Assembly: GCA_014874475.1 (NCBI GenBank)
Contig: JADBJJ010000023.1
Location: 391,836 to 455,835, forward strand
DNA length: 64,000 nucleotides
DNA from: Chloroflexota bacterium
GTDB lineage: Bacteria > Chloroflexota > Anaerolineae > B4-G1 > DUEL01
Direction of reading: 5' to 3'
Below are positions 53,523 to 63,112 of this stretch, piece after piece. The notes beneath the pieces are model-generated. The model was not told the origin of the DNA and ran no database searches. It saw nothing but the letters and a program-made list of their open reading frames with translations. How positions within the stretch are numbered: position 1 is the first letter of the stretch; the number at the start of each line of letters is the position of its first letter. The position numbers and the translations under genes were made by a program.

Positions 53523-55091
53523 ATGCGCTACCTGACTGGTCTGCTCACCTTCATCGCTCTTCTGGTTTTTTTGGGGTACCTGGTCATCTTCCTGGACTAC
53601 TCGGTGGCCCTCTTCCGCTGGCCATACGACTACGACCAAGGGGAAGGGTTTGAACTGTACGACGCAGTGCTTTACCGTCAGGGGGAGTGGCCCTACCGGG
53701 ATAACAGCACCTTCCCCTTCTACGGCTCCAACTACCCGCCGCTCTTCCACCTGCTCATCGTCCCACTCCTGGAGGTATTCGGCTCGCGCCTGCTCGCGGG
53801 GCGGCTGGTCTCCTTTACAGCGACCCTGGTCACAGCGGCGACGGTCGCCTGGATCGTGCGGCGGGAGGTCGGAAGCCGGCGCGGCCTGCTCCCTCAGGCC
53901 GTCCCCATTCTGGCGGGGCTCTCTTTTCTGGCGGCCAACATCGTCTATCAGATTGGGCCCCTCTGCCGTCTGCATATGACGATGGTCATGTTTGAGACGC
54001 TGGCCGTGGCCGCCATCGCCCAGTTCCAGCATCCCCGCCACGGCGACCGGTACCTGCTCCTGGGCCTGTTCTTCCTGCTCTGCGCAGGGTACACCAAACA
54101 ACTGGCGGTCTTCACCGTCGTCGCCGCGCTGGGGTTTGTTTTTCTTCGGGACATCCGCCGGGCGCTGGTCGGTGGGGCCGGGTTGGCCCTGGTCGCCGGC
54201 GGGCTCTTCCTGTTGATAGACCACGCGACCGGTGGCCAGTGGACCGTCAACATCATCCATGCCAATGTCAACGAGTTTGATTACCAGCAGACGCTGGTCT
54301 TCCTGAACCAGTGGCTGCGGCTCTACCCTATCCTCATCCTGCTGGCGACGGGGATGCTGGTGTGGGAACTGTTCTGGGACCGGCTGTCGGTCTACAGCCT
54401 CTGGTTTGTGCTGGCGGTCGGGATGGGGCTTCTCAGCGGGAAGTGGGGGGCCGGGCCGGCGTATTTCACCACATCTATCGCGGCGGCCTGCGTCCTGGCC
54501 GGGCGGGCGCTGCTCCGGTTGACCGACGCGCTTTCCCGCCGGTGGCCCCAGTGGGAGACCAGGGTGGCCCTGCTGGTGCCAGTCCTTTTTCTCATCCAGG
54601 CAGCCTGTAACCTGCATATGCCTACCGATGGGCCAGTCTTTGGGCCGCTGGCGCGGGCGCTGGGGATCGCCGACCGGACGATTCGGGGGGATTGTACCGT
54701 CTTTGCCTACTACGACAGCGGCGGCTACACCCAGTTGGGCCACCGGCTGACCGAAGCGGATTACCGGGCTGGGGAGCGGATTCTGGCCTACGTCCGGAAT
54801 TCGGACGGGCCGCCGTTCAGCGAAGAGGCCGCCTTCAGCCTGCTGGCGGGCCGTCCCGTGGTGACCAACCCGACCCAGTTGCTGAACCTCTACAAGAACG
54901 GGCTGCTGGATACGTCCGAACTGGTCCGCCGGATTGAGGCAGAGGAGTTCGGCGTCGTCGTCTTTCGGGCCCAGTTCTACCCGCCACCGGTCCTGGAAGC
55001 CATCGGCCAGCACTACCGACCGGTAGAGCACATCTGCATGAACGGCTTCTATTACCACATTCTCCTGCCCAATCGGCTGCTCGGCAGATAG
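53523..55091 (+). CDS. polytopic membrane protein, putative GT-C-fold glycosyltransferase (ArnT/PMT/DUF2079-like)
   Basis: The ATG at 53523 gives MRYLTGLLTFIALLVFLG.... It has more than 10 predicted TM helices and a soluble C-terminal domain. The listed ORF starts inside tpiA and is over-extended. Family assignment is tentative. Confidence 0.6.
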   Translation: MRYLTGLLTFIALLVFLGYLVIFLDYSVALFRWPYDYDQGEGFELYDAVLYRQGEWPYRDNSTFPFYGSNYPPLFHLLIVPLLEVFGSRLLAGRLVSFTATLVTAATVAWIVRREVGSRRGLLPQAVPILAGLSFLAANIVYQIGPLCRLHMTMVMFETLAVAAIAQFQHPRHGDRYLLLGLFFLLCAGYTKQLAVFTVVAALGFVFLRDIRRALVGGAGLALVAGGLFLLIDHATGGQWTVNIIHANVNEFDYQQTLVFLNQWLRLYPILILLATGMLVWELFWDRLSVYSLWFVLAVGMGLLSGKWGAGPAYFTTSIAAACVLAGRALLRLTDALSRRWPQWETRVALLVPVLFLIQAACNLHMPTDGPVFGPLARALGIADRTIRGDCTVFAYYDSGGYTQLGHRLTEADYRAGERILAYVRNSDGPPFSEEAAFSLLAGRPVVTNPTQLLNLYKNGLLDTSELVRRIEAEEFGVVVFRAQFYPPPVLEAIGQHYRPVEHICMNGFYYHILLPNRLLGR

Positions 55092-55139
55092 AAAGAATGT
55101 TTTTATTACAACGACAAGGTCGCTGCAAAGGAGCAGGGT

Positions 55140-55619
55140 ATGGGATATGAGACCACCGCCTTTCGCTGTTCAGGGTGCGGAAGTGCTTTGCTTATGCCCA
55201 ACCCGGATGGGACATTGACCTGCGCCTACTGCGGGACGACATACGAAATCACCGGGCGTACCTGCACCCGATGCGGGGCTATCAACCCCCCGGAGGCGGA
55301 GCACTGCGTCCGCTGTGGGAGTGTCCTGGACTTGGTGGGGTTTATCCTTCAGAGCCGTCTTCAAACCACGACCCAGGAGCGGCTGGAACAAATCCGTGCG
55401 GAAGCCTCGCGGCTCAAAGAAGAGGCCGAGGCCGCCTCTCAGGAGCGACTGCGTCGCTGGTGGGCAGCGGAGGAGGAAAGGCGGCGCGCGCTGGCGGCCG
55501 CTCAGGCCGAGCGGGACCGGCAGGAGCGCATGTTGTTGATCGGCGCTCTGATCCTCGCGGCGGTCGTCATCCTGGGGATACTTATCTATCTGCTGGTGAC
55601 GGCGCTCCCGGCGCCATAG
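55140..55619 (+). CDS. double zinc-ribbon protein with a coiled coil and a C-terminal TM anchor
   Basis: It has the motifs CSGC...CAYC and CTRC...CVRC, then an Arg/Glu-rich coiled coil, then LLIGALILAAVVILGILIYLLV. Confidence 0.7.
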   Translation: MGYETTAFRCSGCGSALLMPNPDGTLTCAYCGTTYEITGRTCTRCGAINPPEAEHCVRCGSVLDLVGFILQSRLQTTTQERLEQIRAEASRLKEEAEAASQERLRRWWAAEEERRRALAAAQAERDRQERMLLIGALILAAVVILGILIYLLVTALPAP

Positions 55620-55767
55620 GGGCAACCCCCACAGCTGCCCGGAGCAGGAGCCAACCCTGCTCTCCAATGGCCAGGGTGTCTGCCCCCCACGAAACGGGTT
55701 GACACTCATCCAATGACCGCTATAATGGAGACATGCCAACACGGAAAAATATACGGAGATATGTGCA

Positions 55768-57228
55768 ATGATAGACCTGACTATCCACCCCACTGGACGA
55801 GAACGAGCCATTGAACGAGCCCGAGAACGGGGCATTATTATTCCTACCTTCGCCCAAATGAAAGACCCCAACCGGATTCCCGAGGCCATCCGCGCCCGTA
55901 TGCGGGAAGTCGGCCTCTGGGATGTCAACCCCCTGAACCTCTTCCGCATCACCTGGAAGAACGCACCGGTTTCCTTCGGCGGCGGGTTCGGTGATGTGAA
56001 CGCTCTGGAGTTCCCGCCTGCCCTCACAGGAGTACCGGCCCGCATCATTGCCCTGGTGGGCAAGTGGTTCCCCACCGGCGCCCATAAGGTCGGAGCGACC
56101 TTCGGTTGCCTGGTCCCCCGACTGGTTACTGGACAGTTTGACCCCACATACCACAAGGCCGTCTGGCCCTCCACCGGCAACTTCTGCCGGGGCGGAGCGT
56201 ACAACTCTGCGCTGCTGGGCTGTGATTCCATCGCCATCCTGCCCGAGGGGATGAGTCGGGAACGATTTGAGTGGCTCTCCCGTCTGGCCGGGGAGGTCAT
56301 CGCCACCCCGGGCTGTGAGAGCAATGTAAAAGAGATTTTTGACAAGTGCTGGGAATTGCGCCGGACCCGTCCGGAAGTCTTCATCTTCAACCAATTTGAG
56401 GAGTTCGGCAACTATCTCTGGCACTACGAGGTCACGGGCCATGCGATGGAGGAAGTCCTGGAGAAGGGACTGGGCCCCCGAGACACCTATCGGGGCGTTG
56501 TCCTGACCACCGGTTCGGCTGGCACTATCGCCTGCGGGGACTATATGAAGCAAGTCTTCCCCACCAGCAAGGTCGCGGCCAGCGAAGCGCTCCAATGCCC
56601 CACGCTTCTGATGAACGGCTTCGGCGGCCACCGCATTGAGGGCATCGGCGATAAACACGTCCCCTGGATTCACAACGTCAAAAATACCGATCTGGTGATG
56701 GCAATAGACGACGCCGCCTGCATGGCCCTGGTGCGTCTTTTCAACGAACCGACCGGGCAGGCCTACCTGGTGCGGCAGGGCGTGCCGGAAGGGCTGGTGG
56801 ACCGCCTGGACCTGCTGGGCATCTCCGGCATCGCCAATCTCCTATCCTGCATCAAATTCGCCAAATGGTATGAACTGGGGGAGGGGGACGTGGTCCTCAC
56901 CGTCCTGACCGACTCTATGGAACTCTACGGGAGCCGTCTGGCGGAACTGCGCCAGGAGCGGGGGGAGTATACGGAACTGGACGCAGCGGCGGATTATCAC
57001 CGATACCTGCTGGGATGTACGACCGATTTTATGGCCGAACTGGGCTACTGGGAACGGCGCCGTATCCACAACCTGAAGTACTTCACCTGGGTGGAGCAGC
57101 AGGGCAAGACGGCGGAGGAACTCCAGGCCCAGTGGTATGACCCGGACTACTGGACAGGCATCCAGCAGCAGACGGCGGAGATAGATGCCCTGATTGAGGA
57201 GTTCAACGCTCGCGTGGGTCTGATATAA
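55768..57228 (+). CDS. PLP-dependent enzyme of the tryptophan-synthase-beta superfamily (fold type II), function unknown
   Basis: It has the PLP-lysine motif FPTGAHKVGATF (TrpB-like PTGSHK), a PALP core, and extra N- and C-terminal segments. It is 486 aa long. Confidence 0.8.
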   Translation: MIDLTIHPTGRERAIERARERGIIIPTFAQMKDPNRIPEAIRARMREVGLWDVNPLNLFRITWKNAPVSFGGGFGDVNALEFPPALTGVPARIIALVGKWFPTGAHKVGATFGCLVPRLVTGQFDPTYHKAVWPSTGNFCRGGAYNSALLGCDSIAILPEGMSRERFEWLSRLAGEVIATPGCESNVKEIFDKCWELRRTRPEVFIFNQFEEFGNYLWHYEVTGHAMEEVLEKGLGPRDTYRGVVLTTGSAGTIACGDYMKQVFPTSKVAASEALQCPTLLMNGFGGHRIEGIGDKHVPWIHNVKNTDLVMAIDDAACMALVRLFNEPTGQAYLVRQGVPEGLVDRLDLLGISGIANLLSCIKFAKWYELGEGDVVLTVLTDSMELYGSRLAELRQERGEYTELDAAADYHRYLLGCTTDFMAELGYWERRRIHNLKYFTWVEQQGKTAEELQAQWYDPDYWTGIQQQTAEIDALIEEFNARVGLI

Positions 57229-57275
57229 CTGTAGATGGGGGCAGCGGCTTCGTCGCTGCCCCCCAGGTATTATCA

Positions 57276-59525
57276 ATGGCCGGGAATCGCGCGATTTATG
57301 AAGAGGCACTGCGCCGGGGAGCGGCCCGGGCCTGGGAGCGGCGCTGGGAGGAGGCGATTGCGGCCTATCAGCAAGCCCTGGCCGAGTTCCCAGATGAGCC
57401 GGACGCGCTGAGCGGACTGGGACTGGCTCTGGCCGGGGCCGGGCGCGCGGGGGAGGCCCTGCCCGTCCTTCAACGCGCCGCTGACCTGGGCCAGGAGAAC
57501 CCAGTCTTGCGGGAGCAGGTGGCTCAGGTGCTGGAACGGCTGGGGCGCCTGGAGGAAGCCTCTCAGGCTTACCTGCAGGCCGCTGACCTCTACCTTCGTC
57601 AGCAGGCATCCAGTCTGGCCGTGGAGCGGTGGAAGGACGCCATCCGTACCGACCCCTCTTGCATAACCGCTCACGTCAATCTTCTTCGTGTTTATCTGAG
57701 CCAGCAGAAGCACCGCGAAGCCATCGCCGAATACCTAGCCCTGGCAACCCTCTATCGGGACCGGGGTGAGACGGAAAAGGCGATGGAACTCTGCCAGTAC
57801 GCCCTGAAACTGGACCCGCGTCACCCGGACGTCTTGGCGTTGATGGATGCACTCCGTTATGGAATCCCGACAACTGTGGGGACAGGGCCTCTGGAAGCAT
57901 TCGCCGAGGAATTGCCGGAAGAGCAGTCGGGAGAAAATCCCGTTGAGACGGCCCGGCGCACCGCCCTGGCCCAACTGGCCGAAGTAGTCTTTGAGGAGAC
58001 CCCGCCCCAGACGGGCCCTCTCATTCTCCGTCCCCTCTCCAAGCGGGAAATAGATACGCTCATCAGCCGGGGGATTGATGCCCAGGAACGGGGAGACATA
58101 GACGAAGGCATCGCCTGCTACGAGGAGGTCCTGAGAGGCGGCGTCATTGAGCCAGCGGTCAATTTCAATCTAGGGCTCCTGTATCAGCAAAAACTGCAGT
58201 TTGAGAACGCCATTGCCCAGTTCCAGCAATCCGTCTCCAGCCCCCAATACCGCCTGGGCAGTCTCTTCGCCCTGGGAGAGTGCTACCGGGCCCTGGGACG
58301 CATAGACGAGGCCCTGACTTACTTCCTGGAAGTGCTCAAGATCGTGGACCTGAGCACCGTCCGGCAGGAGCAGGCCGATGACCTGATCCGCCTCTACGAC
58401 GAACTGGCCCATACTTACGCCGCGCGCGGGGAACGGGAACAGGCTGTGGAGTTCATCAACACGCTCATCTCATTCCTCAGCGCGAAGGGCTGGGAAGACA
58501 AGGTCCATCAGGCCCGGCAGCGATTAGACCTGCTCTCCCGCGAGGGGCCGGTTCTGAGCCTGGCCGAAATGCTGACTGTCCCGGGTTCGGAGCGCATCAT
58601 TCAGTCTATCGGCCTGGCCCAGGAGTACCTGCGCCGCAATATGGCACGGGCGGCTATGGATGAATTGATGGGCGCCCTGGAGCAAGCGCCCACGTTTCTC
58701 CCGATCCACCGCCAGATCGGAGAAACCCTGGTCGCGATGGGGCGGACGGAACAGGCCGTGGGAAAGTTTCTGGCCATTGCGGACACGTACCGCGTTCGGG
58801 GCAACTTCTCCCAGGCAGTGGCGATGTATGAACGGGCCCTCCGTCTGGCGCCGATGAACATCACGGCCCGCCTCAAGTTGATAGACCTGCTGGTCAGTCT
58901 GGGGGAGATTGATCGGGCGCTGGAGCATTATCTGGCCCTGGGAGACGCCTACTACCAGATGGCTCAACTGGACCAGGCCCGGGAGAAATACAATGAGGCA
59001 TTGCAACTGGCCCCCCGCGGAAGCCCCGATCGCCGATGGGAGGTCAAATTTCTCCACCGAATCGGCGATATTGACCTGCAGCGGGTGGAGTGGCGGCGGG
59101 CGATTTCCGTCTATGAACGCATCCGGGACCTGGCTCCGGATGATGAGAAGGCGCGCTTCACCCTGATGAACCTCTATGAGCGATTAGGACGGCCAGACCG
59201 GGCACTGGTGGAACTGGATGGCCTGATTCAGCATTGTGTGCAAGCCGGGAAGACCCAGAAGGCCATCTCAGTACTGGAGAGGCTGGTGCAGGAGAAACCG
59301 GATGCGATCCCGATCAGAGCCCGTCTGGCCCAACTATACCTGAACGCCGGCCGAAAAGAGGAGGGGCTTCGGGAACTGGATATCCTGGGGGACCTGCAAC
59401 TTCAGGCCGGAAAGGTGAAAGAGGCCATTGCGACCATTCAGGTCATCCTGCGGCTGCGCCCTCCCAACGCCGACGCTTATCGTGAACTTCTGGAGCAGTT
59501 ACAGGCCGGGCAGATTCCGGGGTAG
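57276..59525 (+). CDS. tetratricopeptide-repeat (TPR) protein
   Basis: It is 749 aa with many 34-aa TPR-like repeats (AxxAYxxAL... patterns). Confidence 0.85.
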   Translation: MAGNRAIYEEALRRGAARAWERRWEEAIAAYQQALAEFPDEPDALSGLGLALAGAGRAGEALPVLQRAADLGQENPVLREQVAQVLERLGRLEEASQAYLQAADLYLRQQASSLAVERWKDAIRTDPSCITAHVNLLRVYLSQQKHREAIAEYLALATLYRDRGETEKAMELCQYALKLDPRHPDVLALMDALRYGIPTTVGTGPLEAFAEELPEEQSGENPVETARRTALAQLAEVVFEETPPQTGPLILRPLSKREIDTLISRGIDAQERGDIDEGIACYEEVLRGGVIEPAVNFNLGLLYQQKLQFENAIAQFQQSVSSPQYRLGSLFALGECYRALGRIDEALTYFLEVLKIVDLSTVRQEQADDLIRLYDELAHTYAARGEREQAVEFINTLISFLSAKGWEDKVHQARQRLDLLSREGPVLSLAEMLTVPGSERIIQSIGLAQEYLRRNMARAAMDELMGALEQAPTFLPIHRQIGETLVAMGRTEQAVGKFLAIADTYRVRGNFSQAVAMYERALRLAPMNITARLKLIDLLVSLGEIDRALEHYLALGDAYYQMAQLDQAREKYNEALQLAPRGSPDRRWEVKFLHRIGDIDLQRVEWRRAISVYERIRDLAPDDEKARFTLMNLYERLGRPDRALVELDGLIQHCVQAGKTQKAISVLERLVQEKPDAIPIRARLAQLYLNAGRKEEGLRELDILGDLQLQAGKVKEAIATIQVILRLRPPNADAYRELLEQLQAGQIPG

Positions 59526-59551
59526 AAAACAGGAGCGACGCTGCGCCGTTC

Positions 59552-60835
59552 CTACCGCCATATCACCTCTTCCCGCTCCGGCCCGACCCCGATCAGAGTG
59601 ACGGGCACGCCGATAGCCGCCTCTATTCGCTCCACGTAGGCCCGCGCGGCTGCCGGCATATCCTCCCACCGGCGAGCCGAACGAATCTCTTCATCCCAGC
59701 CGGGCATTTCTTCATATACCACCTGCCAGCGGGCCACTTCCTCCGCCCCCCACTCGCCGGGAAAGCGAGAAATTCGCTCTCCGCCCCGTTCGTACGCGAC
59801 GGCCACCTTCAGCGGGTGAATGCCAGTCAGCACGTCCAGTTTGGTCAGCGCCAGTTCTGTCAGTCCGTTAACCTGAGCGGCGTACCGCAGAATGGGGAGG
59901 TCCAGCCAGCCGCAGCGCCGGGGACGGCCAGTGGTGGTGCCATATTCTCCCCCGGTCTCCCGGATGCGGTCGCCGATGGCGTCGGTCAGTTCGGTGGGAA
60001 AGGGCCCGGCGCCCACGCGAGTGGTATAGGCCTTGGCGACGCCGATGACCCGCGTCACCGCATGCGGCCCGAACCCCAGCCCAGCCAGTGCCCCGCCCGC
60101 CACGCAGGAGGAACTGGTCACATACGGGTACGTTCCGTGGTCCAGGTCCAGCAAAGTCCCCTGGGCCCCTTCGCAGAGAACGGTTTGGCCAGCCGCCAGC
60201 GCGCGGGCGACCAGTTCGGATCCATCGGCGAGATAGGGGCGGAGCCGCTGCGCCAGGGCGACGAACTGGGCCACAATCTCACTGACCGGCAACGGCTCCA
60301 GACCGTAGTGCTCCTGAAGCAGGCGGTTGTGGGCCTGTAACAGGGCCATCGCCCGCTCACCGAACCCCTCCGGATCGGCCATCTGGCCAGCGCGCAACCC
60401 CACGCGGGCGGCCTTATCGGCATAGACGGGGCCGATGCCCCGGCGGGTAGTACCGATGGCCTCTTGCCCCCGCGCCGCCTCTCGGGCGCCGTCCCGCGCG
60501 CGGTGAGTGGGCAGGATAATATGGGCGGCCGCCGCCAGTTTGACCCGCTCCGGCCCTACGTCTATCCCCAGGGCAGCCAATTCGTCCAATTCCGCTGCCA
60601 GTTGGACCGGGTTGACCACCACCCCGGCCCCAATCAGACAGATCGCATGGGGGTGCAGGATGCCAGAGGGAACCAGGTGCAGGCGAAGGAGATGGCCCTG
60701 GGCGACCACGGTATGGCCGGCGTTGTCGCCGCCGTTGTAGCGGGCAACGATATGGGCCTCTCGGGCCAGGTCGTCCACTACTCGCCCTTTCCCTTCATCT
60801 CCCCATTGCGCCCCGACAATAATAATCGCAGGCAT
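59552..60835 (-). CDS. purA: adenylosuccinate synthetase
   Basis: The start at 60833-60835 gives MPAIIIVGAQWGDEGKGRVVDDLA...NAGHTV..., with AdSS signatures. The listed ORF extends 34 codons upstream. Confidence 0.95.
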   Translation of the reverse strand: MPAIIIVGAQWGDEGKGRVVDDLAREAHIVARYNGGDNAGHTVVAQGHLLRLHLVPSGILHPHAICLIGAGVVVNPVQLAAELDELAALGIDVGPERVKLAAAAHIILPTHRARDGAREAARGQEAIGTTRRGIGPVYADKAARVGLRAGQMADPEGFGERAMALLQAHNRLLQEHYGLEPLPVSEIVAQFVALAQRLRPYLADGSELVARALAAGQTVLCEGAQGTLLDLDHGTYPYVTSSSCVAGGALAGLGFGPHAVTRVIGVAKAYTTRVGAGPFPTELTDAIGDRIRETGGEYGTTTGRPRRCGWLDLPILRYAAQVNGLTELALTKLDVLTGIHPLKVAVAYERGGERISRFPGEWGAEEVARWQVVYEEMPGWDEEIRSARRWEDMPAAARAYVERIEAAIGVPVTLIGVGPEREEVIWR

Positions 60836-60873
60836 CGGGGGCCTCCTTTCACCGGACACATCCGTGTCCCGCT

Positions 60874-61341
60874 CTATTCTACCGGTTCCACTACCTGGGG
60901 GGTAACGCTGATGCCACAGTAGGGGCAGATAGCCCAATGGAGTTGCAGGGGGCGCTTGCAGGCCGGGCAGGCCTGTTTGAGGCGGCTATGGCAAACTGGG
61001 CAGAGGATATAATCCGATTTGACCCGTGCACCGCACCCGGGGCAAGTTTCCGGCTCCTCAATCGCTTGCAGAAGCGCCTCCTGTTCCAGCGAACGCTCGT
61101 AGGCCTCCGCCAGCGTCTCACGCGGGCGCAGCATCAGGTATACGATAATCCCGAAAAGGGGAATGAGCGCCACCAGCAACGTGGCGACAATCCATGCCAG
61201 AACGTCCCGGGAGCGAGCCCGCATATCCCGGAAGGTCCAGATAATCGCCCCGCCGTGCAGGGCGGTGAAAACGACGCCAGCACCCAGCGCCAGCCAGGAA
61301 ACCAGTGTTGCCAAAGTATCCAGAAGGCCTTCCATTATCAC
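60874..61341 (-). CDS. membrane protein with an N-terminal PLDc_N-like two-helix domain and C-terminal double zinc ribbon
   Basis: It has two TM helices, a conserved RPRE-like motif (LMLRPRETLAEAYE), then CPGC...CPVC and CPAC...CPYC. Confidence 0.65.
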   Translation of the reverse strand: MIMEGLLDTLATLVSWLALGAGVVFTALHGGAIIWTFRDMRARSRDVLAWIVATLLVALIPLFGIIVYLMLRPRETLAEAYERSLEQEALLQAIEEPETCPGCGARVKSDYILCPVCHSRLKQACPACKRPLQLHWAICPYCGISVTPQVVEPVE

Positions 61342-61357
61342 TCCTTATTGGTTTGCC

Positions 61358-63112
61358 CTAACGAGGGGCATTATACCATTTATCCGGCTGATGAGCAACT
61401 GCACGGAAATACCGCTCCAGGAAGAAATCGTAGAAGGCCACCGGTGAAGCAACCGCCACCGGACTCCCCGTATCGCAAAGCAGAAACGGCCGCTCCTGCC
61501 CGCCCCCCAAACCGCCATGGGTGGCGACCTGCTCCTCAAAGGTCACCACCCGCCCGTCGGTGAGCAACCCGCCCATCAGGATCAGGTCCCCCGCGTGCGG
61601 ACTCGTCGCCAGACGATAAATCTCTCGGGCGACCCGGTCCCGGTCGCCGTAAGGTGACAGCGGGTCGGGCAAGGTCACCTCCACCCCCCCATCACCGATC
61701 ACGGCCCGACCTCCCCCCTGTCCCAGCACCACTACCTGCCCTCCGGCCCGCCCCACAATCCAGCCGATCAGGTCCATCTCCATCAGCCGGTCCAGCAGAT
61801 GCGGGTACAGGAGTGCTACCTCAATCAGGTCCAGCGGTCGGGCAACGACGTTGAAATAGATATGGGCCAGCGGCCCCGAAACGCGCACGACGACGTCCTC
61901 CCGGCGCTTCAGGTCATACTCTTCTGCCTCCCGGTCAGGCGGGATGCGGCGGCCCAGGGAACGACGCAGAGCCCGTACCACCCGACCGACAGCGGGGGGT
62001 AGCCGTTCCTCTATGCTTCCCATCTCCACCATCAGGTAGCGGGCCTTGGCCTCCGCGTATCCCGGCCGGCTGAAGACCTCATCCAGCGAGACGTCTCCCA
62101 ACTGGGCGGCCACAAACTCCCCCAGCGTCTGCCCGACCAGCCACGCAAAGGGAACGGAAGGAGCATTGCCGTGGTCCGAGAGGACGAAGAGGTCGTAGCG
62201 GCGGGCCAGCGAGCGCCGCCGGGCCCGATCAATCTGCCGGATGCGCCGGTCTATATCCCACAGAATACCGAAAGCGGCGGGATCATCCGGACCGAACCAG
62301 TGAGCGACCTCGTCGTAAGCGTTGTAGTTGGCGTAGACAGACGGGACGCCCCGGTAGATGTCCAGAACGATGCCAAAGGTCTGAACTTCGGTGAACAGAG
62401 CGTTGACGGCCGCAGCCAGGAAGGAGGAGAGAAAACCCGAAGGACGGGCTGGACGGCGGCGGAGGGCGGCTCTCAGCCGCCAGATCAGCGAACGCAGGTA
62501 GCCGGTGACCGTCAGCCAGAGGACGCGCAGGACCCGCAGAGGGCTGAGCAGGAAGATGAGCAGGAGGCCGATGCCGCGCACCGATTCCAGGAAGAGGCGG
62601 GGATGAATGGAAGAGAGGGTGAAAAGGGCCAGGTCGGCATCGCCGTCAAACATGTTCACGTAACTGGAGCCCCCCACCAGAATGCCGACCCGTCCGGCCT
62701 TCAGCCGCTCCTGCAGCGCCTGAATCTGGGCAGGCCGTTTGGCGACGAAGGCCATCCGTTCCTGCTTGTCGTACCAGCGGAAGCCGGGGATGTCCTCCCG
62801 GTTGCCAAAGAGGATGGCCGCCTGGACGGCGGGGGTGGTGCTGGGCAGTCCGCAGTACCAGGGGGTCAGGTGCCAGCCCTCCTCCCGAACCAGCCGCCGG
62901 AGGTATGGGAGATAGCCCCGCTCCATCGCCTCTACCAGATGGTCGTAAGAGAGGCTGTCTATTTGAATGATAATAAACCCCCGTCGGCCATCTGGCGAAA
63001 CCTCCGGCCGCCCAATCTGGCGAGCCAGGGCCTCGTACTTCCGGCGACGGGGGCCATCAGTGAGCCGGTCCAATACCCCCAGCAGGAATCCCATTGTGCG
63101 ATCAGAGGTCAA
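61358..63112 (-). CDS. alkaline-phosphatase-superfamily protein (type I phosphodiesterase / nucleotide pyrophosphatase-like) with an internal hydrophobic segment
   Basis: Its motifs resemble the AP superfamily (IIIQIDSLSYD..., ...VLSDHGNA...). It is 584 aa long. Confidence 0.7.
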   Translation of the reverse strand: MTSDRTMGFLLGVLDRLTDGPRRRKYEALARQIGRPEVSPDGRRGFIIIQIDSLSYDHLVEAMERGYLPYLRRLVREEGWHLTPWYCGLPSTTPAVQAAILFGNREDIPGFRWYDKQERMAFVAKRPAQIQALQERLKAGRVGILVGGSSYVNMFDGDADLALFTLSSIHPRLFLESVRGIGLLLIFLLSPLRVLRVLWLTVTGYLRSLIWRLRAALRRRPARPSGFLSSFLAAAVNALFTEVQTFGIVLDIYRGVPSVYANYNAYDEVAHWFGPDDPAAFGILWDIDRRIRQIDRARRRSLARRYDLFVLSDHGNAPSVPFAWLVGQTLGEFVAAQLGDVSLDEVFSRPGYAEAKARYLMVEMGSIEERLPPAVGRVVRALRRSLGRRIPPDREAEEYDLKRREDVVVRVSGPLAHIYFNVVARPLDLIEVALLYPHLLDRLMEMDLIGWIVGRAGGQVVVLGQGGGRAVIGDGGVEVTLPDPLSPYGDRDRVAREIYRLATSPHAGDLILMGGLLTDGRVVTFEEQVATHGGLGGGQERPFLLCDTGSPVAVASPVAFYDFFLERYFRAVAHQPDKWYNAPR

